From Mobula hypostoma (Eukaryota), in assembly GCF_963921235.1 (NCBI RefSeq), contig NC_086097.1, forward strand, positions 242,112,001-242,176,000: a stretch of DNA of 64,000 nt, in the 5' to 3' direction. A model generated the notes under the pieces. That model saw nothing but the letters and a program-made list of their open reading frames with translations, made no database searches and was not told the DNA's origin. A program made the position numbers and the translations under genes. Shown here one piece after another: positions 25,440 to 39,334 of this stretch; position 1 is the first letter of the stretch, and the number at the start of each line of letters is the position of its first letter.

Positions 25440-27295
25440 AAATTGATCTTCACCCTCTCACTTCAACCATCTGCTGTCACTCTCTGTGACTGCCCACCAG
25501 TAGCTCCAACATCAACCATACTGAAGTGCTTTGAGAGGTTGGCGGTGGCCTTCATGATTGCCACTCTTCCAGACTACCTAGACCTGCTTTCCATTTGCAT
25601 AGTGGAAGAATAGATCTATAGAAGATGCCTTCTCCCATGCACACACAAAATGCTGGAGGAACTCATCAGGCCAGGAAGCATCTATGGTGAGGAATGAAGA
25701 GTTAGCGTTCCAGGTTGGGACTCTTCATCAGGATTGAAAAGGAGAGGGGAAGAGTCCCAACCTGGACTCTTGTTGAGGGAGGGGTGGGGTACATATATCA
25801 GGATGTTATTCACACACTGCAACTCAGCCTTCATACTATAAGGCCAAATAAGCTCATCTCTATACTCTTAGACCTTGGCCTTGGGGCCCCATCTGCAACA
25901 GGCTTATAGACTTTCTGACTGCTAGAGTTGGTCCTAATATTTTGCCCGTCCTGACCCTCAGCACCAGGGTTCCTCAGGGTTGTGTGCTCAGTCTCCTGCC
26001 CTACCCACTGTATATCCACAACAGTGCGGCCAGGTACTGTGACAACCCAGCCTGTTAAGTTTGCCAATGAATCCACAGTTATCGGCCTGATCAACGGCAA
26101 TGTTGAGATCGAGTACCAGAACGGGAATGAAAATCTTGTGTCACTGCGACAGAACCACAGCTCAGACTTTAACATCAACTAGGCGAAAGAGTTGGTCATT
26201 GACCTAAGGGAACATGGGGTGAACACAATGCTGTTCTCATCAACAGAGCAGCTGTAGAGATGGTCAACAGCTTCAAGTCACTTGGCATCCACATCATCAG
26301 CAACCTCACCTGGTCCCTTCACATCGATGTGCTGATCAAGAAAGCGCATCAGGGTGTTCACATTCTGAGGCATCCAGGAAAATTCAGAATGTCCATGTGA
26401 GTCCAGAAGTCAAGGTCAAAAGTCAAACCCATGCCTGGTGAGTCCTGGGGTCAAGGCCCGAAGGTCAAATCCATGTCTGGTGAGTCCTGGGGTCAAGGCC
26501 TGAAGGTCACACTCATGATTGGCAAGTTCTGGAGTCAATACTCAGAGGTTGATTGTTAACACAAACATGCAGTTGACTGTATGTCTCAATGTACATGTGA
26601 TAAATAAATCTTAAATCTGAAATCTCTACAGATGTGCTATTGTAAGTATTCTGATGGGTTGCATCTTAGACTGAAGTGTGACAATGCATGATCCAGCAAA
26701 TGCTTGTCTTAAACATTTTTCTAGTGATTGTAAGACCCTGCCGGACATTGGTAATATAAAAATACTGCAGGTCCGGCTCATTGGTTCATTGGCAGGACCG
26801 AAGGTGGAGTGCTATGCGGCCTTGGCTGTTGCACGGACCAGGCCCTCTTGCCATGATGTTGCTTGTTACGGCCACTCGGTACAGGGGCGCCAGGGGCGCT
26901 GTGGGAGAGAACAGCGGCATGGCGTATGTACAGGGTTGGGGGAATGAACACTCCTGTTAGTGCTACTTTCCAGCATTCACTCCCAGAAGACAAGCTGGAT
27001 TGTTTTCAACTGCAGCTGACGCAGCATGAGATGAGGAACTGTGGCGTACTTGTTCCTGCAGAAACATGGCTCCAGGACAACATTCCATGAACGACCAATC
27101 TTCAGGCCATGTCACTCAGAGACTTGTGCTAATATTATTTTTGTGACTGTTTGTGCTTTTGTAACTATATGTGCTCATGATTATATGTGACTGTATGTAC
27201 TGTGTTCCGTGCTTTGCAATTTCGCCCCGGAGGTACGCTGTTTCATTTAGATGTATACGTGTACGGTTAAATGACAATTAAACTTGAACTTGAAG
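25440..27295 (+). mobile_element. Decayed Rex1-like LINE: RT region, then a misplaced APE N-terminus, then 3' UTR
   Basis: PVAPTSTILKCFERL, VKFANESTVIGLI; later EDKLD...EMRNCGVLVPAETWLQDNIP. Confidence 0.7.
26400..26550. repeat. About 41-bp tandem repeat, 3-4 diverged copies
   Basis: GAGTCCTGGGGTCAAGGCCCGAAGGTCAAATCCATGTCTGGT repeated. Confidence 0.75.
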
Positions 27296-27379
27296 GTTGG
27301 TACGGCAATTGTTCTGCTCATGACTGTTTAAACACTGCCCAGTCTAACAGGCTCATCACTTCCATTAATTCATTCCATA

Positions 27380-27995
27380 TTAGACCCATAAGACCACAAG
27401 ATATAGGAGCAGAATTAGGCCATTTGGCCCATTGAGTCTGCTCCACCATTTCATCATGCCTGATCCGTTTCCCTCTCAGCTCCAGTCTCCTGCCCTTTCC
27501 TCGTATACCTTCATGCCAGGACTAATCAAGAACCTATCAATATCTGCCTTAAATATACCCAATGTCTTGACCTTCACAGCTGCCTGTGGCAACTAATTCC
27601 ACAGATTCACCACTCTCTGGCTAAAGAAATTCCTCCTCATCTCCATTCTAAAAGGATGCCCCTCTATTCTAAGGCTGTGTCCTCTGGTCTTAGACTCCCC
27701 CATCATAGGAAATATCCTCTGCACATCCACTCAGTTGAGGCTTTTCACCATTCGATAGGTTTCAATGAGGTCACCCCTAATTCTTCTGAATTCCAGTGAA
27801 TAGAGGCCCAGAGCCATCAAACACTCCTCATATGACAAACTATTCAATCCCAGAATCATTATCATGAAACTCCTTTGAACCCTCTGCAATGTCAACATAT
27901 CCTTTCTTAGATAAGAGGCCCAAAACTGCTCACAATCCTCCAAGTGAGGCATCATCAGTGTTTTATAAAGCCTCACCATTACATCCTTGTCATTA
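27380..27995 (-). mobile_element. CR1 3' end
   Basis: LYKTLMMPHLEDCEQFW motif and CR1 tail. Confidence 0.85.
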
Positions 27996-28060
27996 CATCT
28001 TCTTGTCATTATACTTACTGTTATATTTATTGTTACTATATTTACGTTTGCTGTTACAAA

Positions 28061-28895
28061 CGTTACGTACCCCGTAACTGGGTTGCCAAACCAGCAGAAA
28101 TGGAACATTCGTTGGAGTCTGGATTACTAGGAACTAATAAAGTTTTATTAAAGAAATAAGTAATACAGTACACTAATCGTAAGGATATAAATGTAACAGG
28201 TTAGCAATGATAATATACACATATACACAGAACTAGGGTAATAGGAATCAACCAAGCTCTATCGCAGTCTAGGGGTAAAATGATCAGTCTCAAGTGATGC
28301 AGAGTTCAGTTCAGTTTAGTGCAGTTCACAGTAATCGCTGTTGTCGTACTGTTGGAGAGAGAGAGAGAGAGATGCAATTTGGTTTTAGGCAGACCTTTTG
28401 ATGGCTTCGCAGTTGGTTTCGGGCAGACCTTTTGACGTCTTCTAATCCCGCTGTGGTCACCGACTGTGACCCCTCCATTCCGGATACGATCGTTCTTCCG
28501 CTGTGAACCCGGCACCCAGGCAAGGGCGGACACACACCCCAGGTTCCCACCAATCGTACCTTTACACCCTGTGAGCCTCTGGTCGGTTCCTGTGAACCGG
28601 TCCTCCAAACTCCCACCAACTTGTGGGGTCACACTGCCCTTTCCAAGGTCTCGTGGTGTGTGTCGTGCCTTAGCAAACCTGCTCCTTTTATCCCCCTGCT
28701 GGGGTATCACCTGTCCATCAAACTTCAAACAGTTCAGGTTCAAAGCAACTGGTCTGTCAATATCTGAATTGTGTTTCTTTCCTGTTAATCCCTCTCTTCT
28801 CTCTTATTAGCATTTTGAATGTTTCTCCATTGTCTTTCTTATCTCTCTCATTAGCATCATCCATCCTGTACCTCTGCTGGGTGTCACACATGACA
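28061..28895 (-). mobile_element. Solo LTR, second family
   Basis: (C)GTTAC...TGACA ends with 4-bp TSD CAAA; TATA-like GATAAAA and AATAAA read on the - strand. Confidence 0.8.
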
Positions 28896-31800
28896 CAAAC
28901 AAGACATCCTATTGCACGCTCGTGTTTATGATAATCCATTAATCTAATCTAAGTGACTTTTTGCTAAATTCTGAAATGAAAGAGAAGATTGTTGCTCAGG
29001 TTGGCTGTTTTGCTTGTAGGGTTGTTCGCCAAGCCTGGAGGTTAGGTCGCAAACATTTTGTCACCAGTCGAGGTGACATCATCAGTGTGCAGTTGAGTCT
29101 TGTTTCTGCCACGTGCTCACGTTAACATTGGTCCTGTTTCTAATACCCTTATCTAAAGATTCTGCAATTCAAGAAACATGGGAGTACTTGTTGAAGGAAG
29201 AAATAGAGTTCCTGCTAAGTATAAGCCCATAGGATCACAAGACAAAGGAACAAAGTTAGGCCATTCGGCCCATTGAGTCAGCTCCACCATTCCGTCATGT
29301 CTGGTTGCTGTGGTAATTATTAATGATAGCCATGGTGCAGAAGAAAGCCAGCAAATATTATTCTGTACGTGTACTCCCTGACTGATTCTCGCCTGCAGAA
29401 AAATAAAAGAATATCCTCTTGCTATTCAACCAATCAATCAAAGCATTATTGACTAATTACTGACACAGGTGGCTATGGAGGCCAAGTCACTGGGTAGATT
29501 TAAGGCAGAGGTTGATGGATTCTTGATTACTCGGGGCATGAAGGGATACGGGGAGAAGGCAGGAATTTGGGGCTGAGAGGGAAATGGATCAGCCATGATG
29601 AAATGTGGGCCAAATCTTAGGTCTAATTGAAAACTTTCCAAAGAACAATGAGAGAAGTACAATATGGTTTTACTGATACAGGGTGGCATGGTAGTGTCAC
29701 AGTCAGTGTAACGCTTTAACAGCACCAGTGACCGGCATTCAATTTCACTGCTGTCTGTAAGGAGTTTGTATACTCTCACAGTGACCGCATTGGTTTCGAT
29801 CCGGGTGCTCCGGTTTCCTCTCACATTTCAAAGTCCTATGAGTTGGCAGGTCAATTGAACAATACCCACAATGTGCTGGAGGAGCTCAGTAGGTCAGGCA
29901 GCATCTGTGGATGGGAGTAAACAGTCAACGTTTCATGCCCCGAGACTCTTCATCAGAACTGGAAAGGAAGTGGGGGAGAGTCGGAATAAGAAGGAGGGGT
30001 GATGGGAGTGAGAAGTTCAAGGTGGCAGGTGATGGGTGAAACCAGGAGAGGGGGAGGGGTGGAGTGAAGAGCTGGGAAGTTGATTGGAGGAGGGGGAATC
30101 TGAAAGGAGAGGACAGAAGACCATGAAAGAAAGGGAAGGGGGAGGAGCACCAGAGGGGAGTGATGGGCAGGTAAGAAGAGAAGGTCTGAGAGGGAATCAA
30201 GAATGGGGAATGGTGAAGGACAGAAGTGTTGGGGGGGGGCAATTACTGGAAGTTTGAGAAATCGATGTTCATGCCATTGATCACATAGTTGGCATAGGCT
30301 CGTTGTGTCAGAAGGTCACGTTACTGTACCATATCTCTTAATAAAAGATATCACATTTTCTGTCAGCACTGAAGCCTGGGAAATCAGGCTTGAAGTCCTA
30401 GTAACAGTCTGCATTTAATTCCTAGTTCTGTACACCATGTTTTCGGTCTGTACTTTATGTGCATTTAGCCCTAATTAAAGCAACCACAACCACTTACATA
30501 AGCTGCAATGGGTCAGATAACAAATCCCACATGCGTTTTTGCGACAGTCTTCCCCACTTGCTGAATCCTTGCATCATACGAGTGCCGGGTGGTCTCCGTG
30601 CTGCTTGCTACAGAATTCCATTATGGAATGAAAAGTTGCCCGACATATACATTTGAGGTTTTTCTGCTATTTCTGATTGACCAAATTGCACAGCAGACAT
30701 TGTAGTTAGTGTTTTCTATTTTGTTGTTTACCTCTGGTAAAGATTTACAGATTAGCTCTATTTGTCGCATGGACATCGCACTATCAGTGAAAGGCGCTGT
30801 TTGCATCAATGACCGAGGATGCGTTGGAGGCAGCCCGCAAGTGTCGCTACACTGCCAGCACCAATATAGCATGACCCCAACCCGTACATCTTTGGAATGT
30901 GGGAAGAGGCTGAGGCACCCAGAAGAAACCCACACGGTCACGGGGAGAATGTACAAACTCCTTCCTGGCAGCAGTGGGAAGTGAACCCCAATCACAAGCA
31001 CTAGCACTGAAAAGTGATTACACTGACCGCTATGCTACCCATCTGTGTATAATGTTATAATGACCCCTCTCACGCATTTGGTGATGTTATTTAATTATCT
31101 AGAGCTACAGGCCCTTCCGACCCAACGAGCCACATGGCCCAGCAACTCACCTATTTGACCCTAGCCTGATCACAGGACAAATTCCAACGACCAATTAACC
31201 CACCAACTGGTACGTCTTTGGAATGCAGGAGGAAACCAGAGCACCCGGAGGAAATCCACACATTCACGGGGAGGCGTACAAACTTACAGAAGATTGAACT
31301 CCAATCTCGCTAACCGCCAAGCTACCATGGCACCCCACTACTAATGCTCTTATTGCTGGGAATGAATCATAAGCACTGGCTGAAATACCCAGCAGAACTA
31401 CATCAAAATGGCCTTCACTAACATATGCACTATCAATGGCGACCATAGTAGGTACCTCTTGCACCACCGAGTGTACGCTTGTGGCCTTCTGTTGCTGTAG
31501 CCCATCCACTTCAAGGATTGATGTGTCTTGCACACCACTGTTGTAATGTGTGGTTGGTTATCTGAGTTAGTCAACTTGAACTATTCTCCTCCGACCGTTC
31601 TCATTAACAAGGCATTGTCACCCACAGGACTGACACTTACTGGATTATTTTGTTTGGAACCAGGCAACGTTCAAGATTCAAGATTCTTAAGTAACCTACC
31701 CAGCTGCTGCCCGGTTTGCTGCTGGTGGTTAGGACTTCAATGACGGTCCACCATCTCTGGCGGTGTTCAGGGCTTCCTTCATCATATCAGTAGCTTCCTC

Positions 31801-33949
31801 TCAGTTTTCACTACTGTCAGTCATGCAAGTCCTGGGTGGAGACTCAGGAATACCGTCACACTCAGACGTAGAAGGGTTCTTCCACAATAATTTTGTTTTA
31901 CCAGTCAGGATTGTTAGCCCTGAGTTGAACCTCCCTGAATCTGGAGGACCGGTGGACCACTCTTAGTCTGGCCTCTGCCCTTTGACCTGTTTGGCATGGG
32001 TGACCCTGCCAAGAACCAAAGCATAAAGCCCTGACTCCGGCCAACACTGCTCTCCAGGTCATTGGGGCAGGGAAGCCTCCAATCCCTGTTGGAAGAAGAT
32101 TCGTAAGTACACAAGTATAATGGAGAAGCAAATGGTTGTTACTCCAGATAAAAACAATAAGCATAAAGAAAACAATTAAAACACAATAAATATAAATATG
32201 CAAACACGAGGAAATCTGCAGATGCTGGAATTTCAAGCAACACACATAAAAGTTGCTGGTGCAGTCGACATTTCGGGCCCAGACCCTTCATCAGGACTCC
32301 TTCCTGACTTCATCCTGACGAAGGGTCTCGGCCCGAAACGTCAACTGTACCTCCTCCTAGGGATGCTGCCTGGTCTGCTGCGTTCACCAGCAACTTTTAT
32401 GTGTGTTGCATAAATATAAATACATAAGATCAGCTTAGGGGTAGACTGGGGAGGTGAAGTGGATGGAAATGGGGCACAGAAGATCACCACTGCATGCACA
32501 GCAGGTCGAACCTTGAAGTGGACGGGCTAAAGCAGCAGAAGACCATGAACATGTACTCAGTGTCCACTTTATTAGGTACGGGAGGCACACAGTAAAGTAG
32601 CAGCCAGTGTATGTCACCATATATTACCAGGTACATGGAGGAATTTAGGGTGGCGGGAGGCAGGGTTTAAGGATCGGCACAACATTGTGGGCCGACGGGC
32701 CTGTACTGTGCTGTACTGGTCGATGTTCTATTACCTTGAGATTAATTTTCCTGCAGACATTCATATTTTCTTTGCCGGCATTGTATTTGTCTTCATAACC
32801 AGCTTTGGTGTGAATCGGAAACTTCTCATTTAAAAACACGGCGTTCAGACATCAGCAGGAAAGCGGCGAGGAATGTAGCGGTGAGGGTGACATTGAGATA
32901 TTGTTCGCGGACTGTGCGCATCGGTGACTGACCATAATGAAGGCCGACAGCGCCCAGCGGAGCCCGGGAAGTTGCTCGGGGCTGGGCCAGATCTTCTCAT
33001 CATCCCGGGAACGGGGGGCAACAAAAACCCCGAGCTAGAAAACTATTTCCGAACTGATATTATCAATACAAGAGATTTAGTAGATGCTGAAAATCCAAAG
33101 CAAAATGACGGAGGAATTCAGCGGGTCGGGCAGCATGTATGGAAATGAACTATCGGTCGAGGTTTCGGGCCGAGTCCCTTCATCGGGACTAAAGCTGCCT
33201 GACCTGCTGAGTTCCTCCAGCATTTTGTGTGTGTTGCTCTGAACTGAAGTTTCGGCGAACAACAGTGGAAACGAGCAGCTGGACCCTGCCCAGGAGCCCG
33301 GTAACGGGGTGATGCTCACTCACAATCTGCGTCCCTGTCTCTCTAACGCTTGATTCTTTAATCAACAATGGCCAGTTTTTTTCGCCGAGTGATTCGCAAC
33401 CCACAGTCCGTCAGGTTGATAACACTTCCACACATTTCACATCCCACCACCACGACATCACCGAGCGTCACTTTATACGGCCAGTCTGTGTATATAACAG
33501 TTACTTGTACATTGTATTTTATAGGGTTGCTTTTTAAACTTACTGTGTATTATCCCCGTTTTTATTGTGATCTTTATACTCAATGTGTTTTTTTTTTACG
33601 CTGCATCGGATCCAGAGTAACACCGCCAGGTTTAGGAACAGTAACTACCCCTCAACCATCAGCCTCATGAACCAGAGGAGGTAACTTCACTTGCCCCATC
33701 GTTCCCACAACCTATGGTCGATACTTATTGATAATTTATTTATTATTATCATGTCTTTCTTTTTTGTATTTGCACGGTTCTGCCTTGTTGGTGCGGTCTG
33801 TCTCTGATTGCATTTATTGAGTATGCCCGTATACGGTGACATATTTATGTGCTTTGATAATAAGTTTACTTTGAACTTTAAATCATTTCGTTCTCCTTAA
33901 CACTCGTGTACTGAAGAATGGCAATAAGCAATCTCGACTCTCTCTTCCT

Positions 33950-34700
33950 CGTGTTGCTTAGGAGCGCGGTGACTGGCTGAGGTTCGTTCGCTCACTCACT
34001 CCCCCCAGGCGATGTTCACTGGGGCGGTGAGGTGATTGTGGTTGGGGGCGGTGGGGGATACTCGTTTTTATTCTGCCCCCACCCCCTACCCTTCCCAACT
34101 GAATCTGCCAACTCCTTTCTCCGAAGAGGACAGCCCACCGCCGAGGCGGCGACGAGCACAATAGGTTTCGACTCGTCTCTCCACAGGAGAGAGTCAGACA
34201 GAAACAAGCCCACCACCCTCGCCCTCACACAGCACTCCTCTCCCACCCCACTCGCACCCACTCACTAGTCCGCAAGAGTTAAGAAGCAGCGACGCCGCAG
34301 ACTTTGGCTCGGGGGAAAGTCCTGGAGAGGTTACGATGCTCCAGGCAAGTGCAGTACCGAGCAGCCGGAGCCCTCGGACCGCCGCTCTGCCGGCCATGAG
34401 CAGCGGCGACACCCAGTACGAGGACACTGTCTCCAGCAGGGTGCTGGATGATATCAAGCGCCGGTTGCTCAGCGCCTTCAGGGGAGCCCCGGCTCCGTGT
34501 GAGCTCGCCCAGCCCAGCAGCCTGAGCAGGAACGCCCGGGTGGACGAGGAGCTCCGCAGAGCGCAGATCGACGGAGCCATTAGCTGGGTCCGGACCGAGC
34601 TGGTGAGTGAGAGCCGGGCGCTCGGACCGCCCGCAGCAGGTGTTCCAGCAGATCCCGGCGGTGGGTGACGGGAGGGGACGCTTCCCGCTTTGGCCAGATA
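33950..34700 (+). promoter_or_regulatory. CpG-rich region over the promoter and exon 1 of AARD
   Basis: Visibly high GC and CpG, non-repetitive, directly upstream of and overlapping the first coding exon. Confidence 0.6.
34336..34602 (+). CDS. AARD: AARD (alanine- and arginine-rich domain protein, C8orf85; FAM167 family), coding exon 1
   Basis: VLDDIKRRLLSAF...LRRAQIDGAISWVRTEL followed by donor GTGAGT at 34603 (phase 0). Alternative ATG at 34396 in GCCATGA context. Confidence 0.85.
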
Positions 34701-35199
34701 TTAACTCTCCCCAACTGCGGGAGGAACATCGGTGGGAAGAGGGGGGAATTGTCTCCTTTTGGGGTCAGTGCTGTTCCAAGACTGATCAGGATCAGAATCG
34801 GCTTCATTATCACCGACTTATGTCGTGAAAGCTGCTGTTTTGCGGCAGCAGAACTTTTAAAAATTCCTGTTACAGTAACTCATTTGAGGTTGTTTATTGC
34901 GTGCGTTCTCTGATATTAAATAAAACTATTGAATAAGAATTATAAATTACAAATAAATAGGTCAAAAAGAGAGCAAATAGTGAGGCAGTGGTCACGGACC
35001 GTTCAGAAATCTGATGGTGGAGGGGAAGAAGCTGTTGCTAAAACTTTTAGTGTGTGTCCCCAGGCTGCTGTACCTCCTCCCTGATAAAAGAGGACATGTT
35101 CCGAGCGGCGAGCGTCCTTACGACGGATGCTGTCTTCCTAAGGTATCGTCTCAAGAGTCTGATAGGAGAGTGGACGGGGCGGGGGGGGGGGAGAGAGAG

Positions 35200-35480
35200 A
35201 GATCCCGGGGGAAACTGGTTTTCGTTACAGTTGCACCATAAATAATAAATAGTAATAAAACCATAAATAGTTAAATAGTAATATGCAAATTATGCCAGTA
35301 AATTATGAAATAAATCCAGGACCAGCCTATTGGCTCAGGGTATCTGACCCTCCAAGGGAGGAGTTGTAAAGTTTGATGGCCACAGGCAGGAATGACTTCT
35401 TATGACGCTCAGTGTTGCATCTCGGTGGAATGAGTCTCTGGCTGAATGTGCCCAACCAGTACATTATGTAGTGGATGGGA
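35200..35480 (-). mobile_element. Rex1 3' end in the AARD intron
   Basis: TFSQRLIPPRCNTERHKKSFLPVAIKLYN, same family as 2424 and 41090. Confidence 0.8.
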
Positions 35481-35930
35481 GACAAGTTAGGGAAATCAGT
35501 GTTCATGCCATCAGATTGAAAGCTACCCAGACGGAATATGAGGTGTAAATCACTAATACGAGGAAGTCTGCAGATGCTGGAAATACGAAGCAACACCCAC
35601 AAAATGCTGGAGGAACTCAGCAATCAACGTTTCGCGCCGAGACGCTTCATGAGTTCTGGAGAAGGGTCTCGGCGAAACATCGATTCATCTCCGCAGATGC
35701 TGCCTGACCTGCTGAGTTCCTCCAGCATTTTGGAATATGAAGTGTTGCTCCTCCAACCTGGTCAGGCAGAATCGGTGTCTAGTTAATCTTTAATTGATCC
35801 TATTATAGTTACTATTCTATAGATTTGCTGTGTGGAAAATGAAACAGTGACATATATGTACTTTGACAATACAATTTACTTCTAACGTTAAAAGATCCGT
35901 CACATTCTGCCTCGCCTCTCTGCTTTGCAG

Positions 35931-36122
35931 TTGGAGATGCGATGCCAGGACCGGCAGCTGGCCAGAACCTTACTGGAGTTGAACAGCGAAATCCAAGAGC
36001 TGAGGAGAGAACAGGAACTGCGCACGTTCTCGGGCGGCCGGCCCCCGCCAGCGCGACCCGCGGGCATTAAGCAGAGCCGGGCCGGTGCAGCCGTCGGCAC
36101 TGCTGGAAAGGAGTACACTTAA
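35931..36122 (+). CDS. AARD: AARD coding exon 2
   Basis: Acceptor CTCTCTGCTTTGCAG, then LEMRCQDRQLARTLLELNSEIQELRRE...stop; joins in frame to give WVRTEL-LEMRCQDRQLA, the FAM167-domain signature; 152 aa in total. Confidence 0.85.
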   Translation: MEMRCQDRQLARTLLELNSEIQELRREQELRTFSGGRPPPARPAGIKQSRAGAAVGTAGKEYT

Positions 36123-39100
36123 TATAGGACCACCGCCCAACATTAACACCCCATTTTGGAGCCGCCGATCCAGAAAGATGAGGACACAACAAAAAAGCAG
36201 TGCAGTTTTGTCTTATGCAGAAAGTTATTGCAATGTAACACGTCAAGTCGAATTAAGTATCGTCCGTGGATTATTTTTTGTAGAATTCAAATGCCTTCTG
36301 CACGCAACAGGCGTAATAGTTAGATGAATTGCAAACGGAACCCACGCTGCATCTTGTCCTTCTGAGGGCACACGGGTGTTAGCGCGGAAACGTGCGCTGA
36401 CCTTCCCAGGCAGAGTGCGGGTGCATGTCATCGGCTGAGGGCATTCAAGAGCCTGTCGGCTTGGACACCTGTAACGGGGCTGGCCCGGCTTTTCCCGCCG
36501 GTTATAATCGCTAGCCGAGGGGCTGACCTCTTTCGGAAATCGGTTAGGGTTTGAATGTTAGCGACACACAATGCTGGACAGCATCCATGCTGCCTGGCCT
36601 GCTGAGTTTCTCCAGTATTGTGTGTTGCTCGGATTTCCAGCATCTGCAGATTTTCTCTGGTTTAGGGTCTGAATGTAGCCGGCGCTCTACTTTACAGGGT
36701 CCATGGCGCCAGGATGGGCAGGAGTTCGCCTGCTCCCAGGATTGGGCAACAATCTGATCTTATTGTCCTTCGCCTCAATGCATTGTTTATAAAAGAAAGT
36801 CAACTTAAATGGGAGAGAATACCCGACTCTTCAAAAATGAGGCTTTACTGGATTGCAGCCTCTTTTGTCGGTGCCCATTGAACCGTACCAGTAATCCCGG
36901 CCTGGCCTCATGCCCCAGGGATCTGAGTTATCCACAGTGTAAATTTGGATAAAATTTGAACATAACGTAACATGATGATGTTGACGATATAAAACTTCGT
37001 ACTATTGGGATGAAAACTTGTTCTGTTTGCCCAGCCTGCTCACTGCGTGATTCCAGACTCACTTCAATGTGGTCGGAGTCCAGTCACCCTCCCAAATCCA
37101 ACAGCAAGCCATTCGGATCTAGGACAATTAGAGACAGGTAGCAGTTAGTTAGGAATGTCCAAATCAAAATCAAAGCAAATTTATTATAAAGGTACATATA
37201 TACAACCCCGAGATTCATTTTCTTGCAGGCATTTACAGGAAAATAAAGAAATACAATAGCATTCATGAGAAACGATACATAAACCAAGACTGACAAATAA
37301 CCAGCATAGAAAAGAAGACAAATTGTACAAATATGAATAATCCTGAGAACATGAACTTCAGAGAATCCATAGGTTGTGGAATCCGTTCGGAACTAGGTTT
37401 AATATCACCGGCATATGTGGTGAAATTTGTTGTCTTTGCGGTAGCAGTACAATGCAATACATAATAATAGAAAAGAGTGAATTACATTAAATATATATAT
37501 AGTTAAAAAGTAGTGCAAAAAATAGAAATAGAGAAGTAGGTTCAATATCCATTCAGAAATCTGACGGCAGAGGGGAAGAAGCTGTTCCTGTATCGCTGAG
37601 TGTGTGTCTACAGGCTTCTGTACCTCCTCCCTGACGGTAACAATGAGAACAGGGCATGATCTGGCTGATGGGGGTCCTTAATAATGTTGAAGTGAGTGAA
37701 GTTATCCACACTGGTTCAAGAGCCTGGTAGTAACTGTTCTGAAATCTGGTGGTGTTCGACCTGAGGCTCCTGTATCTCCTTCCTGATGGCAGCAGTGAGA
37801 AGAGAGCATGGCCTGGGTGGTGGGAGATTCTGATGCTGGATGCTGCTTTTTTGTGGCAGTGCTCCCAGGAGGGATGAAAAACAATTCCCACTATGGAGGT
37901 TAGAAGCTAATAAGGGAAAATTTATGTCAAAAAACTTAAGCAACATACTGTAAATAAATTATGTTCTGCTGCTCATTTGGTGCTGGTATCATGCTCTTCT
38001 GTACCAAACCATTGACAACAGCATCTGTAAGAACATTCCATTCTATGTATATTCCTATGTATGAAATAAATTTATTCTCAAAGTACATATGCTACCTTGA
38101 GCTTCATTTTCTTGCAGGCATTCACAGGAAAAAGAAGGAAATACAATAGAATTTATGAAAATGATGTAATCAGACAAACTCAGTAGGCCATGCAGGATCT
38201 ATGTCGAAGAACAAACATCAGTGTCTTGATGAAGGGTCTTGGCCTGAAATGTCGACTGTTTATTCATTTCCTTCGATGTTGCTTGACTTGCTGAGTTCTT
38301 CCGGCATTTTGTGTGTGTTGCTTTGGATTTCCAGCATCTGCAGGCTTCCTCAAGTTTACAATATCACTCTTGCCTCTATTGGAATTCAGTTGTTACTGTT
38401 TTGCTTACTGCATTCATATTTCTTTGGAATTTACTGATTTTATCCGCAGTTTACAGTGTCATCTCTTTTTGTGTCATACATCCAACAGACTGCATTTCCA
38501 AACTGGCGTAAAAGCCTATACCACATCACTGGGAAACAATATTAATTTTTGTTGTGCAACACACACAAAATGTGGGAGAAACTCAGCGGGCCAGGTAGCG
38601 TCTATGGAGAAGAGTACTTGAATTCCCAGCACCTGCAGATTTTCTCTTCTTTGTTGTATTTTGTTATTATTGAGATACAGCACAGAATAGGTCCTTTCTG
38701 CCCTTTGAGCTGCACCACTCAGCAACCCCAGTTTAACACTCACCCAATCACAGGACAATTTACAAGGGCCAATTAACCTACCAACCGGTATGTCTTTGGA
38801 CTGCTGCAAGAAACCGGAGCACCCGGAGAAAACCCAGGCAGTCATGGGGAGAAAGTACAGGCAGAGGCAGGAATTGAACCCATGGTGCTTGTACTGTAAA
38901 GCATTGTGCTAACCACTATGCTACTGTGCTGCCCTGTTTGTTCCTGGGTCAAGTTTTTTTCACTTGCACAGTGAAATACGTCCTTTGCATCAAATCAAAA
39001 TCCATAAAGATTATGCTGGGCAGCCGCAAATGTCCCCACACGTCGGGAATGTGGGAGGAAACTGGCGTGCCTGGAGAATCCCATGCAGTGACAGGGGAGA

Positions 39101-39334
39101 ACGTGGTGCACAATCTCCTTACAGGCAATGGTGGGAATCAAACCCCAATCAGTCAGCACTGGAGCTGTAAAGCAACTGTTCCAACTGCTACGAATGGGAA
39201 AACTAAATAAACAGTGAAAAATCAACTTCATAAGTGTTCACTTGTCCAATATTCAGCTATAGTCTTCTATATTTGAGTAAATAACAATTATTTAATGATG
39301 CATAAAATCTTTTGATTATTTGCCAAATGTGGTG

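Noticed and set aside
34194..34580. 128-aa antisense ORF over AARD exon 1
   Set aside because: Shadow ORF of GC-rich coding sequence with no recognisable homology.
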